Assembly (NCBI GenBank): GCA_044440125.1
Contig: JBITAJ010000004.1
Coordinates: 96,001-160,000 of the forward strand
Direction: 5' to 3'
DNA from: Sedimentisphaeraceae bacterium JB056
GTDB taxonomy: Bacteria; Planctomycetota; Phycisphaerae; Sedimentisphaerales; Sedimentisphaeraceae
DNA length: 64,000 bases
This document shows, piece by piece, positions 28,433 to 39,594 of this stretch. Position numbers and translations under genes: made by a program. The notes under the pieces were generated by a model. It had not been told where the DNA came from and ran no database searches. It saw nothing but the letters and a program-made list of their open reading frames with translations. The stretch's first letter is position 1; each line of letters starts with the position of its first letter.

Positions 28433-29869
28433 TTGTTTGACGCATTAACCGACAAGTTTAACAACGTGTTTAAGTCGCTTTCAGGACGTGGCCGTATCAC
28501 AGAGGCCAACGTCTCGGATGCTATGCGCGAAGTTCGCAAGGCTCTTCTGGAAGCGGATGTCAACTACCAGGTAGTAAAGAAGTTCTGTAAAGACGTTCGC
28601 GATGCGGCACTTGGCGCTGACGTAGTAAAAAGCCTCAAACCGGGCGAGGTGATGGTAAAGATCGTCCACGACGAACTTACCAAGCTTATGGGCCCTGAGA
28701 GCAGTGATATATATTTTGTTTCACCAGGACCGACAGTCATAATGCTTGCCGGTCTGCAGGGTTGCGGTAAAACAACTACCGCCGCCAAATTAGCAAATTA
28801 CCTAAAAAAAGAAGGTAAGAAGCCGATGATGGTTGCCGTGGATCTTCAAAGACCTGCGGCTATCCAGCAGCTTATCAGCCTTGGTGAACAATTAGAGATC
28901 CCGGTATACAGTGAAGACAGCAAAGACGCTGTTCGTGTAGCATCTGCCGGTGTTAAAAAAGCTAAAAAGAACGGTTGCGACGTCGTAATTCTCGACACCG
29001 CAGGTCGTTTACATATAGACCAGGAGCTTATGAACGAGGTTTCGGACGTAGCGAAGGCTACCAACCCGCATCAAATCTTCCTCGTTTGCGATGCGATGAT
29101 CGGTCAAGACGCAGTCAACTCTGCCAAGGAATTCAACGACAGGCTCGAACTTGACGGCGTGATACTTACAAAACTCGATGGTGATGCCCGTGGTGGTGCC
29201 GCCCTCAGTGTTAAAGCAGTAACAAGCAAGCCGATTAAATTTATCGGTGTCGGCGAAAAGCTCGACAATCTCGAAAGATTCCATCCAGACAGAATGGCAG
29301 GCCGTATTCTCGGAATGGGTGACGTTGTTTCACTTGTAGAGAAGGCTCAGCAGGAATTTGACGAGGAAGAAGCCGAAAAGCTGCAAAACAAGATGGCTTC
29401 AGGTAAATTCGGTCTTGACGACTTCCTCAGTCAGATGGCAAAAGTTCGCAAGATGGGCGGCATGATGAGCATGCTCAAAATGCTCCCGGGTATCGGCTCA
29501 AAAGTCGGCGATCTTGACATTGATGAGAAAGAGTTCAAACGCATCGAAGCTATAATACAGTCGATGACGCCTGTTGAACGTAAAGACCCTGACATGCTCA
29601 ACCCTTCTCGCCGCAGACGTATTGCGGCCGGTTGCGGACTTGGCGTTCAGGATATCGCTTCTCTTGTCAAGACATTCAAAAGAAGTCGAGACATGATGCA
29701 GATGATGGCAGGAGGCAGTGCCGGCTCGCTGGCAGCAATGAGAGGCCTGATGGGTGGCGACATGAATATGCTCAACACTCTTGGCGGCGGTCAGAAGCGA
29801 CAAAAACAGAGAAGCAAGAGAAAGAAAGTGGTTCTTCGCGGCAAGGCAAAGAAAAAACGAAGCCGATAA
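28433..29869 (+). CDS. ffh: Signal recognition particle protein
   Basis: ALLEADV, GLQGCGKTT, DTAGR, TKLDGDARGGA, Met-rich M domain. Confidence 0.97.
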   Translation: MFDALTDKFNNVFKSLSGRGRITEANVSDAMREVRKALLEADVNYQVVKKFCKDVRDAALGADVVKSLKPGEVMVKIVHDELTKLMGPESSDIYFVSPGPTVIMLAGLQGCGKTTTAAKLANYLKKEGKKPMMVAVDLQRPAAIQQLISLGEQLEIPVYSEDSKDAVRVASAGVKKAKKNGCDVVILDTAGRLHIDQELMNEVSDVAKATNPHQIFLVCDAMIGQDAVNSAKEFNDRLELDGVILTKLDGDARGGAALSVKAVTSKPIKFIGVGEKLDNLERFHPDRMAGRILGMGDVVSLVEKAQQEFDEEEAEKLQNKMASGKFGLDDFLSQMAKVRKMGGMMSMLKMLPGIGSKVGDLDIDEKEFKRIEAIIQSMTPVERKDPDMLNPSRRRRIAAGCGLGVQDIASLVKTFKRSRDMMQMMAGGSAGSLAAMRGLMGGDMNMLNTLGGGQKRQKQRSKRKKVVLRGKAKKKRSR

Positions 29870-30004
29870 TATGAATAGGCATTAGGCAGTACCGCGACCT
29901 TTAGAGAGCGGGTAGACTGATAACTAATTGCTGATAGATAAAATAACGTGTTTGCCCAAAAGTGAGGGCAAAATTTTATATAAATCATTTTTAAAGGATT
30001 TAAT

Positions 30005-30478
30005 ATGGCAGTAAAGATTAGAATGACGAGGATGGGACGTAGGCATCGCCCTTTCTTCAGGATCAATGCGGTAGAAAGTAGAACACCGCGTGATGGTCGT
30101 ATTCTTGAGAAACTCGGACACTTTGATCCGCTTCTCAAAAATGTAGATGAGCAGCTCGTTCTCGATGATGAAAGAGTAAAATACTGGCTCGACAATGGTG
30201 CTATACCTACAGACACCATCATTGATTTCCTCAAAAAGAGAGGCATCACTTGTAAATATATGGAAGATAAAGCGGCCCGCCGTGAAAAAGCAAGGCAGAT
30301 CGCTCGCAAGAAGGGTGTACCTTTCACAAAGGCTGACAGAATAGCTGCAGAAAAGGCAGCAGAAGCAGCCAAGGAAGCAGCTGAAAAAGCTGCGGCTGAG
30401 GCAGCGGCGGCTAAAGAAGCTGAAGAAGCTGCAAAGGCAGCCGAAGCAGAAGCAGCGGCAGCAGAATCTGCTGAATAA
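30005..30478 (+). CDS. rpsP: 30S ribosomal protein S16 with Ala/Glu/Lys-rich tail
   Basis: MAVKIRMTRMGRRHRPFFRI...PRDGR..E.LG. Confidence 0.96.
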   Translation: MAVKIRMTRMGRRHRPFFRINAVESRTPRDGRILEKLGHFDPLLKNVDEQLVLDDERVKYWLDNGAIPTDTIIDFLKKRGITCKYMEDKAARREKARQIARKKGVPFTKADRIAAEKAAEAAKEAAEKAAAEAAAAKEAEEAAKAAEAEAAAAESAE

Positions 30479-30493
30479 GCAAATTGGAAATAA

Positions 30494-31183
30494 ATGCGTA
30501 TTGATGTACTGACATTATTTCCGGAGATGTTTGAGTCTCCATTAGATCATTCTATCCTCAGGAGAGCCCGAGATAAGGGCGCAATTGAGGTTGTTCTTTC
30601 AAATATTAGAGATTTTGCCAATGACGCCTACAAAAAGGTTGATGACAAACCTTATGGCGGAGGCCCCGGCATGGTGATGATGTGTCAGCCGGTTTTTGAT
30701 TGCTTCGAGAGTGTAACTCAAGAGTGCAAGAAGAAACCGAGGGTAATAATGATGAGTCCTCAAGGCAGACAATTAAACCAGCAGATTGCTCAGGAGTTGA
30801 GCAAAGAGGAGCATTTAGTCCTCATTGCAGGCAGATACGAAGGTTTTGATGAACGCATCAGGATCGGACTTGACGCCGAACAGCTCTCAATAGGCGATTA
30901 TGTGCTTACCGGTGGCGAACTTGCGGCAATGGTAGTGATTGATTCTGTTGCAAGACTGATCGATGGCGTACTCGGCGATGATAAATCGAGCGAGGACGAA
31001 TCTTTCAGCAACGGACTTCTGGAATATCCCCACTACACACGCCCCGAAGAATACAGGGGAATGAAAGTACCGGATATTCTGCTCAGCGGACACCACAAGA
31101 ATATTGAATTGTGGCGGGCAGAGCAATCACTGGAAAGAACGAGAAAATGGCGACCAGACTTGCTTGAAACGCAGAGAGACTGA
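30494..31183 (+). CDS. trmD: tRNA (guanine37-N1)-methyltransferase
   Basis: VDDKPYGGGPGM, GRYEG, SIGDYVLTGGE, LEYPHYTRP. Confidence 0.97.
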   Translation: MRIDVLTLFPEMFESPLDHSILRRARDKGAIEVVLSNIRDFANDAYKKVDDKPYGGGPGMVMMCQPVFDCFESVTQECKKKPRVIMMSPQGRQLNQQIAQELSKEEHLVLIAGRYEGFDERIRIGLDAEQLSIGDYVLTGGELAAMVVIDSVARLIDGVLGDDKSSEDESFSNGLLEYPHYTRPEEYRGMKVPDILLSGHHKNIELWRAEQSLERTRKWRPDLLETQRD

Positions 31184-31256
31184 TTAAATATAAATATGAC
31201 ACGAAAGTGTCGAGAATAAAACGTAAATATAATCGTATGGTTATAGGAGATAAATC

Positions 31257-31625
31257 GTGAAAACCGAACTTTTAGACTTTGTAGAAAGCACCAGCTTAAA
31301 GAAAGAAGTGCCACACTTCGAGATAGGCGACACTGTAGAAGTGCATTGCAAGATCGTTGAAGGCAATAAAACACGTATCCAGGTGTTTACAGGCGTAGTT
31401 ATCGCTCGTAAAGGCCGCGGGATAAACGAAACATTCACAGTTCGCCGTATGATCAGTGATCAGGGTGTTGAACGTGTGTTCCCGCTCCACTCACCGAACA
31501 TTCAGAATATTGTTCCTATCAGAAGTGCCAAGGTACGTAGGGCAAAGTTGTTCTTCCTTCGTGGCAGATCTGGTAAAGCTGTTCGTCTTACACAGAGACA
31601 TACCGACTACACAGTTATTAAATAA
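31257..31625 (+). CDS. rplS: 50S ribosomal protein L19
   Basis: EGNKTRIQVF, FTVRR, GVERVFPLHSP, VRRAKL. Confidence 0.97.
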   Translation: MKTELLDFVESTSLKKEVPHFEIGDTVEVHCKIVEGNKTRIQVFTGVVIARKGRGINETFTVRRMISDQGVERVFPLHSPNIQNIVPIRSAKVRRAKLFFLRGRSGKAVRLTQRHTDYTVIK

Positions 31626-31713
31626 GCAGTTTAAAGTAATAGGTAATAAGTTTAATTACGGTATAGCCAACTTAAAACTTACGACTTAGAACTTAAAACT
31701 TAAAGAAAATGGT

Positions 31714-32112
31714 ATGTTCCTGTTTCTCACAAGAGGCATTCTGCTTAGAAACCGTCGCCTCTTAGGCCGATGGGGTGAGAGATATGCGCAGAAGTACTTA
31801 AAAGGCAAGGGGTATATACCTCTTGCCTTTAATTTTAAATCAAGATCGGGTGAAATTGATCTTGTTACAAGAAGCAAAGACGGCACATTCGTATTTGTTG
31901 AAGTTAAGACCAGGGGTTTCAAAGAGTTTCTTCCTGCCGTAAATGCGGTTAACAAAAAGAAACAACGAAACATAACAAACGCCGCCAGACAATTCATAAG
32001 AAAACACGGCATCTTTGATCAACCCCAACGATACGACATAATAACGATAGTATTGCCGAGAAAAGGCAAACCCAAACTTACCCATTATCCAAATGCCTTC
32101 TACCCGGCATAG
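31714..32112 (+). CDS. yraN: YraN family endonuclease-like protein
   Basis: LGRWGE, GEIDLV, FVEVKTR; typical position after rplS. Confidence 0.88.
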   Translation: MFLFLTRGILLRNRRLLGRWGERYAQKYLKGKGYIPLAFNFKSRSGEIDLVTRSKDGTFVFVEVKTRGFKEFLPAVNAVNKKKQRNITNAARQFIRKHGIFDQPQRYDIITIVLPRKGKPKLTHYPNAFYPA

Positions 32113-32136
32113 AATATTGAAAACAGGATAGACATT

Positions 32137-32907
32137 ATGAAACTCATAGATACTCACGCACATTTGACATTCCCCGAGCTTCGGGATGACCTCGAGGGCG
32201 TACTAAGCCGCGCGGCCGAAGTTGGGGTTACTGAGTTCATAACAATAGGAACAGATGTTGAAAACAATCGGCTTGCTCTTGAGCTGGCCGCAGACAATGA
32301 GCCTATATATGCTACGGTCGGATTCCATCCACATGACGCCAAGGACATAACTCCAGCCCTTCTCGATGAGATGAAGGAACAATCGTTTATGGAAAAGGTG
32401 GTGGCAATTGGTGAGATCGGGCTGGATTATCACTATAATCTGTCACCGGCCGATGTGCAGAAAGAAATATTCCGCAAGCAGCTTGAGATTGCAATAGATC
32501 GGAAGCTTCCTGCTGTTATTCACAGCCGTGAGGCATTTGATGATACCATGGAAATATTCGAGAGCTTTGGCGATGATCTTCCTCCGATAGTCGTGCATTG
32601 TTTCGGAGGTAATCCGCAGCAGGCTCAAATGTGTATCAACAAGGGGTTTTATATCTCTTTTACCGGTGTGGTAACATTCAAAAATGCCCAGTCTGCCAGA
32701 GATGCTGCAGTCGAAGTACCGCCGGAAAGACTGATGGTAGAGACCGACTGTCCGTTTATGTCGCCTGCTCCGATGCGTAAGCAAAAGGTGAATGAACCTG
32801 CCTTGATGGTGCATACCGCTGCAAAGCTTGCGGAGATCAATGATATGCCGCTTGAAAAGCTTGCGGAGATAACGACCGCCAACACAAAACGTTTCTTTAA
32901 TATCTGA
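32137..32907 (+). CDS. tatD: TatD family deoxyribonuclease
   Basis: IDTHAHL, GFHPH, IGEIGLDY, HSREA, HCF, ETDCP. Confidence 0.93.
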   Translation: MKLIDTHAHLTFPELRDDLEGVLSRAAEVGVTEFITIGTDVENNRLALELAADNEPIYATVGFHPHDAKDITPALLDEMKEQSFMEKVVAIGEIGLDYHYNLSPADVQKEIFRKQLEIAIDRKLPAVIHSREAFDDTMEIFESFGDDLPPIVVHCFGGNPQQAQMCINKGFYISFTGVVTFKNAQSARDAAVEVPPERLMVETDCPFMSPAPMRKQKVNEPALMVHTAAKLAEINDMPLEKLAEITTANTKRFFNI

Positions 32908-32933
32908 TAAATCTAAATACAACAGGACTTATT

Positions 32934-33152
32934 ATGCCTATATTCGAATATAAATGTCAAAAATGCGAAAAGTTGGTATCCATCTTTCTTAAAAACTCAG
33001 ATGAGTCAAATGTGAAATGTCCTGAATGCGGCAGTAAAAAACTCAAAAAGCAAATGTCAACATTCGCCGGTGTAGTAAAAGAATCAAAACCGGCTCCGAG
33101 CGGATGCGGCGGATGCCAAAACGCACCAATGTGTCCAAACGCAAAGTTCTGA
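32934..33152 (+). CDS. FmdB-family zinc ribbon protein
   Basis: MPIFEYKCQKC...CPECGS. Confidence 0.88.
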   Translation: MPIFEYKCQKCEKLVSIFLKNSDESNVKCPECGSKKLKKQMSTFAGVVKESKPAPSGCGGCQNAPMCPNAKF

Positions 33153-33287
33153 AAGAATAGATATTTTTTGTCATCTTAATCCTATGTTAGTTGACTTTAA
33201 AAGTAAAATATCTTGCAAATAATGGGCTTTTATGTAGTATTTGGGCTGAAATCGGAGAAAATACCTCTTATCAAAGACTAAATACAT

Positions 33288-35000
33288 ATGCTTAAAAGAT
33301 TCATAAAATATTACAGGCCGCACCTGCGTCTATTCATACTGGATATGTCGGCGGCGGTTATTGCATCGCTGATATCGGTACTGATACCGGTACTGACTCG
33401 CAAGCTGCTTAAGGATTACCTTCCGGCGGAAGACATTGCCAAAATCTGGCAGATGATAGCGATAATGATGGGCATGATTGTTATCTCATCAATCCTCTCG
33501 TATATCCGTGTTCGTTGGGGACACACCCTCGGCGTGCGAATGGAAGCTGACATGAGAAGCGACATCTTCTCTCATATCCAGAAACTCAGCTTCAACTATT
33601 TCGACAACGTTAAAACCGGCCATATAATGAGCCGTATATCCAACGACCTAAATCAGATTGCAGAAATTGCACACCATGCCCCGGAAGATCTCATAATATC
33701 ATCAATCGTTATAATCGGCGCATTGGTTGCAATGTTCATGTTCTCTGTTCCGCTTGCAATAATAGCCCTTTTCCCACTTACAGCAATAATACTCTGGGGA
33801 ATCTTCTATGGCGGCTCGATGAAAAAGGGATTCAGGCAGGTACGTAAGAAAATAGCCGAGATAAACAGCTCCGTTGAAAACTCAGTACAGGGAATCAGGG
33901 AAGTAAAGGCATTTGCCAACGAGCCTGAAGAAATCGTTAAGTTCGGCGAAGTGAACACATCTTTCCGCTCAGCAAAGGAAAGCATGTACGGCATAATGAG
34001 CATATTCTTTGCGGTAATGATGCTGCTTACCGAATCTTACTTTCTTATAATAATCGGCGGCGGCACATTTCTGATAATCAAAGGAACCATAACAACCGCA
34101 GACCTGATACCGTTTATCTTGTATATTCATTTCATACTCAAACCAATAAACCGGCTTGTAAACTTCACAGAACAGCTCCAGAGAGGCGCGGCCTGCTTTG
34201 AGCGATTCATTGAAGTAATGGATATCGAACCGGATATCGTAGATTCACCAGACGCCCGGGACATTGAAAAAATAGATGGACAAATCAAACTTGAAAATCT
34301 GACTTTCAGGTACAAGGGATTCGAAGAAGATGTATTGAATAATGTAAACATACAAGTGCCTAAAGGTAAAACAATCGCAATAGTCGGTGAATCAGGCGCA
34401 GGTAAATCGACAATCGCCTCATTAATACCCAGATTCTACGAAACTGAAACTGGAAAAATATTAATAGACAACCACAACATCAACGAAATAAAACAGCGTT
34501 GCCTGAGACGCAATATAGGCATCGTACAGCAAAACGTATTCCTTTTCGACTCAACCATACGTGATAATATCATGTACGGCAACTTCGATGCCACAGAGCA
34601 GCAACTTTATGAGGCCGCGAAGAAGGCCAATATCTACGACTTTATAGTCTCACTGCCTGATGGTTTCGACACACTTGTCGGTGAAAGAGGAGTAAAGCTT
34701 TCCGGCGGACAAAAACAGAGAATCTCCGTTGCGAGAGTATTTCTTAAAAATCCACCGATTTTCATATTTGATGAAGCTACAAGCTCACTCGATTCTGAAT
34801 CAGAGGCCCTTATACAACGTTCCCTTGAGCTGCTCAGCACCAATAGAACGACAATAATAATAGCTCACAGGCTGTCAACGATAAAAAAGGCCGACCATAT
34901 CTATGTACTGCGAAAAGGTAAGGTAGTTGAAGACGGAACGCATCAACAGCTGATGGACAGGAAAGATTACTACCACAGCCTCTATTCAATCAGCGGATAA
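33288..35000 (+). CDS. ABC transporter, fused permease/ATP-binding
   Basis: TM domain, GESGAGKS, LSGGQKQR, DEATSSLD, IAHRL. Confidence 0.95.
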   Translation: MLKRFIKYYRPHLRLFILDMSAAVIASLISVLIPVLTRKLLKDYLPAEDIAKIWQMIAIMMGMIVISSILSYIRVRWGHTLGVRMEADMRSDIFSHIQKLSFNYFDNVKTGHIMSRISNDLNQIAEIAHHAPEDLIISSIVIIGALVAMFMFSVPLAIIALFPLTAIILWGIFYGGSMKKGFRQVRKKIAEINSSVENSVQGIREVKAFANEPEEIVKFGEVNTSFRSAKESMYGIMSIFFAVMMLLTESYFLIIIGGGTFLIIKGTITTADLIPFILYIHFILKPINRLVNFTEQLQRGAACFERFIEVMDIEPDIVDSPDARDIEKIDGQIKLENLTFRYKGFEEDVLNNVNIQVPKGKTIAIVGESGAGKSTIASLIPRFYETETGKILIDNHNINEIKQRCLRRNIGIVQQNVFLFDSTIRDNIMYGNFDATEQQLYEAAKKANIYDFIVSLPDGFDTLVGERGVKLSGGQKQRISVARVFLKNPPIFIFDEATSSLDSESEALIQRSLELLSTNRTTIIIAHRLSTIKKADHIYVLRKGKVVEDGTHQQLMDRKDYYHSLYSISG

Positions 35001-35007
35001 AAAAACA

Positions 35008-35043
35008 ATACCGGGCGAAGCAGTGAAGCTCGGCCCGGTATAT
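35008..35043. terminator. Terminator-like hairpin between convergent genes
   Basis: ATACCGGGC...GCCCGGTAT. Confidence 0.6.
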
Positions 35044-35071
35044 TAAGAATAAACCTTTTGGGGAAATTATC

Positions 35072-36415
35072 TTATTTGTAAAGCTCGTTCTCGATAAAGC
35101 CGGTATCAATATCACTCTTGATATACATCGGATGGTCCAGTATCTCAAGAGATGCTGGGATAGTCGTCTTGATCGGTCCGATTGCGAATTCTTTCAACGC
35201 ACGCTTCATAGTGGCGATAGCTTCCTTGCGTGTCGGTTGATGTACGAGCAGTTTTGCTATCATTGAATCGTAGTTCGGTGAAATGAAAGAGCCCTGCTTG
35301 ACATAAGTCTCAACTCTAACGCCGAAACCGCCAGGCACATTGAATTCATTTATTGGTCCCGGTGAAGGGGCAAAGTTAGCCGCCGGATTCTCTGCATTGA
35401 TACGGCACTCTATAGCACAACCGTTTAGCTTGATGTCTTTCTGTGACATATCAAGAGGCTCACCCGAAGCAATCTTAAGCTGCCACTTGATCAGATCCTG
35501 ACCCGTAACAAGCTCACTGACAGGATGCTCAACCTGAATACGCGTATTAGCTTCTATGAAGTAGAAATTATTATCCGCATCAAGAAGAAACTCAACTGTC
35601 GCGGCATTTTCATAGTTGGCCGCCTTTATCACATTGATTGCCGAGTTGCAAAGCTTCTCACGTGTCTTCTGATCCAGAACCGGACACGGCGATTCCTCTA
35701 TCAATTTCTGGTGACGTCTCTGAACAGAGCAGTCTCTCTCGTAAAAATGAAGAACCTTGCCGTATTTATCCGCCATAACCTGCACTTCAACGTGCCTTGG
35801 CTTGACGATAAATTTCTCAAGATAAACCTCACCGTTGCTGAACGCCGCTAAAGCTTCAGCCTTCGCGGAATTGTAAGCATTCTTGAATGAAAGATCGTTA
35901 TGAACAACCCTCATACCACGACCACCGCCACCGGCAGAAGCCTTGATTATGACAGGGTATCCGATTTCATTAGCAAGCTTGATCGCCGCCTTTTCATCGG
36001 TTATCGCACCTTCGGAACCAGGCACAACAGGCACGTTGGCACTCATCGCAAGCTTTCTCGCCTGCACCTTATCGCCAAGCATGCTCATTGATTTGGCACT
36101 GGGGCCGATGAATTCTATGCCGCAATCGGCACAGACCTCAGCAAAGTGCGAGTTTTCCGCTAAAAAACCGTAACCCGGATGAATCGCATCAACATCTGCA
36201 ATCTCCGCGGCACTGATTATAGCGGGAATATTAAGGTAGCTCTTGGCAGGTGCCGCCGGACCGATACAGATAGCACGGTCTGCGGACTTGAGATATTCTG
36301 CGTCCTTGTCGGCCTGAGAATATACCGCAACGGCTTCGACTCCCAGCTCGTGGCACGCGCGTATTACGCGCAACGCAACCTCACCGCGATTCGCTATCAG
36401 AACTCTTGAAAACAT
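35072..36415 (-). CDS. accC: Acetyl-CoA carboxylase, biotin carboxylase subunit
   Basis: [45 protein letters not shown]. Confidence 0.97.
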   Translation of the reverse strand: MFSRVLIANRGEVALRVIRACHELGVEAVAVYSQADKDAEYLKSADRAICIGPAAPAKSYLNIPAIISAAEIADVDAIHPGYGFLAENSHFAEVCADCGIEFIGPSAKSMSMLGDKVQARKLAMSANVPVVPGSEGAITDEKAAIKLANEIGYPVIIKASAGGGGRGMRVVHNDLSFKNAYNSAKAEALAAFSNGEVYLEKFIVKPRHVEVQVMADKYGKVLHFYERDCSVQRRHQKLIEESPCPVLDQKTREKLCNSAINVIKAANYENAATVEFLLDADNNFYFIEANTRIQVEHPVSELVTGQDLIKWQLKIASGEPLDMSQKDIKLNGCAIECRINAENPAANFAPSPGPINEFNVPGGFGVRVETYVKQGSFISPNYDSMIAKLLVHQPTRKEAIATMKRALKEFAIGPIKTTIPASLEILDHPMYIKSDIDTGFIENELYK

Positions 36416-36440
36416 ATAAAACTCCAGACAATGTGTGGGG

Positions 36441-36932
36441 TTATTTTATCTTGAAAAGCGGCTGCCCAAATTCAACAGCCTCACCATTAGATACGCAAAT
36501 CTCAGAGATCGTACCACTGGCCTCAGCCTTGATCTCATTCATTACTTTCATCGCTTCAACGATACAAACAACTGTATCCTCAGTAACGCTGTCACCAACC
36601 TTCACAAAAGGATCGGAATCAGGGCTTGGAGCGGTATAGAAAGTACCCACTATAGGAGAATCAATCGTATTGGCTTCGTCAACAGCCGCTGCATCTGCAA
36701 CCGGAGCAGCAACAGGTGCAACACCGCCGGCAGTAGCAGGCATAGCTTGCATTGGAGCCATTGCAGGCATCTGAGTAATAATCTGCTCAGGCTGCTTAGG
36801 CTCTGGACGCCTGAGGTGAACTTTGGTTTTCTCATCAGTAAGCTCAACCTCTACAAGGTCGTTCTCACTCATCATATCTATCAGTTTTTTTATTGTTTCT
36901 ACATCTGTTGATGCTATTTTGTCCGAACTCAT
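36441..36932 (-). CDS. accB: Acetyl-CoA carboxylase biotin carboxyl carrier protein
   Basis: [17 protein letters not shown] biotinylation motif. Confidence 0.96.
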   Translation of the reverse strand: MSSDKIASTDVETIKKLIDMMSENDLVEVELTDEKTKVHLRRPEPKQPEQIITQMPAMAPMQAMPATAGGVAPVAAPVADAAAVDEANTIDSPIVGTFYTAPSPDSDPFVKVGDSVTEDTVVCIVEAMKVMNEIKAEASGTISEICVSNGEAVEFGQPLFKIK

Positions 36933-37181
36933 CGGTAACCTTTCAATCTACTAATTTTAGTACCAATAATACTCTAATAACACGTCCCTTTACTGCGGCT
37001 ATCCACAATATTAAGCTGTACTTATGCAACTTACGAAAGCCGCAGACATTCAATCGCCGCAGTAACGTACCGCTTACACTGATTGAACACTATATTTACA
37101 ATGACCGCTAATTATACCAGATTTCAACTCAGTTGCAATAAAATTATAGCAATTAGAGACTATAAAGACCTTTTTTATCTA

Positions 37182-37982
37182 CTATTTACCTCGGGCATAA
37201 AATCTTCCGGCAATCTGCCGTACTTCTATCGGCCAGTCAAAAAGCTCTGTCAATTTATCGGAATTCAGAATATTTCGCGGCAAATCCTTTGCCATAAATC
37301 TGCCGTCTTTCAACATGCATACCATATCCACATTTTCAGGAAGCTCCGAAAGATGGTGAGTGACTATCAAAACAGCAGGCCCATCGGCATCTTTTTGCAG
37401 ATTACTCAAATTCCTGATGACGCTCTCCCTGTTTCTGATATCAAGCCCAAGAGTAGGTTCGTCGAGAACAAGAAGCTTAGGTTTCTTCATGAGGGAACGG
37501 CATATAAGAGTATTCATCCTCTCGCCGGTTGAAAGACAGTGATAAGAACGACCGGCTAACTTGCAAAGCCCTCCCATCTTGACCATATCATCCACACGAG
37601 CAGTTTCATCCTCAGTCAGATCACGTGTTATCGGCAGCCGGATAGTCTCAAAAAGTCCAGTTGCGACAACCTGCCAGGCAGTTATATTACTGTCAAATTC
37701 GGGAACCCTTGATGTAGTGATAAGGCTTATCTCACTTCTGACATCCGCAAGTGACACCTCACCATATGTCTGACCGCAGAAATGCACACTGCCTTCACTG
37801 GGCCATTGATAACCCGCTATTATCGATATCAATGAAGATTTCCCCGAACCGTTAGGCCCTATCACAGCGCAGCACTGCCCGCTCTCAATACAAAGATCTA
37901 TCCCGTCCAAAATGACTTTCCCGTCTTTCTGGAGCCCTATCCCGCTGAGTTCTATGACATTTGACATTTCAAAATCTTGCAA
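37182..37982 (-). CDS. ABC transporter ATP-binding protein (ModF/YlmA-like)
   Basis: GPNGSGKS, LSTGE, LDEP, VTHH. Confidence 0.88.
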   Translation of the reverse strand: MQDFEMSNVIELSGIGLQKDGKVILDGIDLCIESGQCCAVIGPNGSGKSSLISIIAGYQWPSEGSVHFCGQTYGEVSLADVRSEISLITTSRVPEFDSNITAWQVVATGLFETIRLPITRDLTEDETARVDDMVKMGGLCKLAGRSYHCLSTGERMNTLICRSLMKKPKLLVLDEPTLGLDIRNRESVIRNLSNLQKDADGPAVLIVTHHLSELPENVDMVCMLKDGRFMAKDLPRNILNSDKLTELFDWPIEVRQIAGRFYARGK

Positions 37983-38017
37983 TATGCTTCTGATTTATCA
38001 GCTTTGGAAATACAGAA

Positions 38018-38632
38018 TCAGTCTTTCGGCATTTCCGGTATCTTCGCAAGTATCTTATCTGCAAGACCATACTTAAGCGATTCTTCTGCCTCAAGCCAAA
38101 GGTTACGATCACAATCCTTCTCGATCTGCTCGCTTGATTTGCCTGTGTGTTCTGAAAGAATGTTGTAAAGGCGTGCTCTCAGGCGAAGAATCTCTCTGGC
38201 CTCGATCTCGAGATCGGCAGAAGGCCCCTGCATTACACCTGAAAGCAGCGGCTGATGCAGAAGAACGCGGCTGTTTGGAAGCATGAAACGCTTGCCGCTC
38301 TCGCCGCCTGCAAACAATACAGCACCCATGCTTGCCGCCTGACCAATACAGTATGTCGCCACCTTGCATCGAAGGAAACGCATTGTATCGTAGATTGCAA
38401 GCCCTGCGGTAACACTGCCGCCCGGCGAATTAATGTAGAAATGAATATCACTCTCACTGTCTTCATTACTGAGGAAAAGCAGCTGAGCGATTATCAGGTT
38501 TGCCGTTGCATCATCAACCTGCCCGCCAAGGAATATGATCCTGTCTCTGAGCAGCCTTGAATATATGTCATATGAACGCTCGCCGCGTCCTGTCTTTTCT
38601 ATTACTATCGGAACTAACTGATTTGATACCAT
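38018..38632 (-). CDS. clpP: ATP-dependent Clp protease proteolytic subunit
   Basis: [30 protein letters not shown]. Confidence 0.96.
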   Translation of the reverse strand: MVSNQLVPIVIEKTGRGERSYDIYSRLLRDRIIFLGGQVDDATANLIIAQLLFLSNEDSESDIHFYINSPGGSVTAGLAIYDTMRFLRCKVATYCIGQAASMGAVLFAGGESGKRFMLPNSRVLLHQPLLSGVMQGPSADLEIEAREILRLRARLYNILSEHTGKSSEQIEKDCDRNLWLEAEESLKYGLADKILAKIPEMPKD

Positions 38633-38746
38633 TTTTTATCCTTTAATATGAAGAGTCAAACACTCAATTCGGCGTTAGCAGTAATTATCGTGAGCGAAGC
38701 GAACACCTCAATTATTAATTCTTCATTATCAATTGTTAATTTTAAA

Positions 38747-39364
38747 TTAGTCTTTATCTTCCGGCTCTTCAAGGACCTCATCAATGAGGTTGTATTCCAG
38801 AGCTTCCTTTGCCGTCATGTACCTGTCGCGATCAGTCTCTTCCTGAATCTGATCAACAGACCTGCCGGTATGCTTGCTCAGCACTTCGTTTATCATCTTC
38901 CTTGCCTTGATGATCTCTTCGGCCTGTATCTTGATATCAGATGCCTGACCGGTAACACCGCCCCATGGCTGATGTAGCATCACTTTTGCGTGAGGCAGAG
39001 CAAAACGCTTGCCTTTGGCACCTGATGCAAGGATAACCGCCGCTCCCGACTGGGCACTGCCGATACAATATGTAGCAATCGGCGAGCTGATAAAACGCAT
39101 TGTATCATAAATAGCCATAGTATCATCAACGCTGCCGCCCGGCGAGTTGATATACATGCTGATTTCCGCCCCGGGCTTGGTGTTGTCAAGATGAAGGAGC
39201 TTCATAATGACCTCGGTAGAGAGCCTGTAATTTATCTCACCTATCATAAAAAGGATACGATTGTCAAGCAGCATCTCATCAAGCGTCATCTCACGAGTAC
39301 GCTGATAATTCTGGGCATAAGCCGCCGCTGTGTAATGTATATTGTGTCTGTTAGTGTCTATCAT
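38747..39364 (-). CDS. clpP: ATP-dependent Clp protease proteolytic subunit (second paralog)
   Basis: [25 protein letters not shown]. Confidence 0.93.
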   Translation of the reverse strand: MIDTNRHNIHYTAAAYAQNYQRTREMTLDEMLLDNRILFMIGEINYRLSTEVIMKLLHLDNTKPGAEISMYINSPGGSVDDTMAIYDTMRFISSPIATYCIGSAQSGAAVILASGAKGKRFALPHAKVMLHQPWGGVTGQASDIKIQAEEIIKARKMINEVLSKHTGRSVDQIQEETDRDRYMTAKEALEYNLIDEVLEEPEDKD

Positions 39365-39594
39365 TTGAAATCCTTACCGGTTACTATAATATCAAAAAAA
39401 CAACCTACTTACTTATATTATAAAATCACATTATATTCATTTCCACCATTATTACCACTCCCTTTTAACGCTTTTTTTGATGCGGCGGCCTGTCCAAATC
39501 AGCAACTTACAGTAATATCACATATGCCGCATTGAAATCAACGCCATTACTGATACACATGGCGATGGGCATCAGAAATCAGTCGAAACATCCC

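Noticed and set aside
30340..30475. GCAGC/GAAGC-rich DNA repeat
   Set aside because: Explained by the Ala/Glu/Lys-rich coding tail of S16
38747..39364. Inactive ClpR-type subunit
   Set aside because: Ser (AQSG), His (HQP) and Asp (DRD) of the triad appear retained
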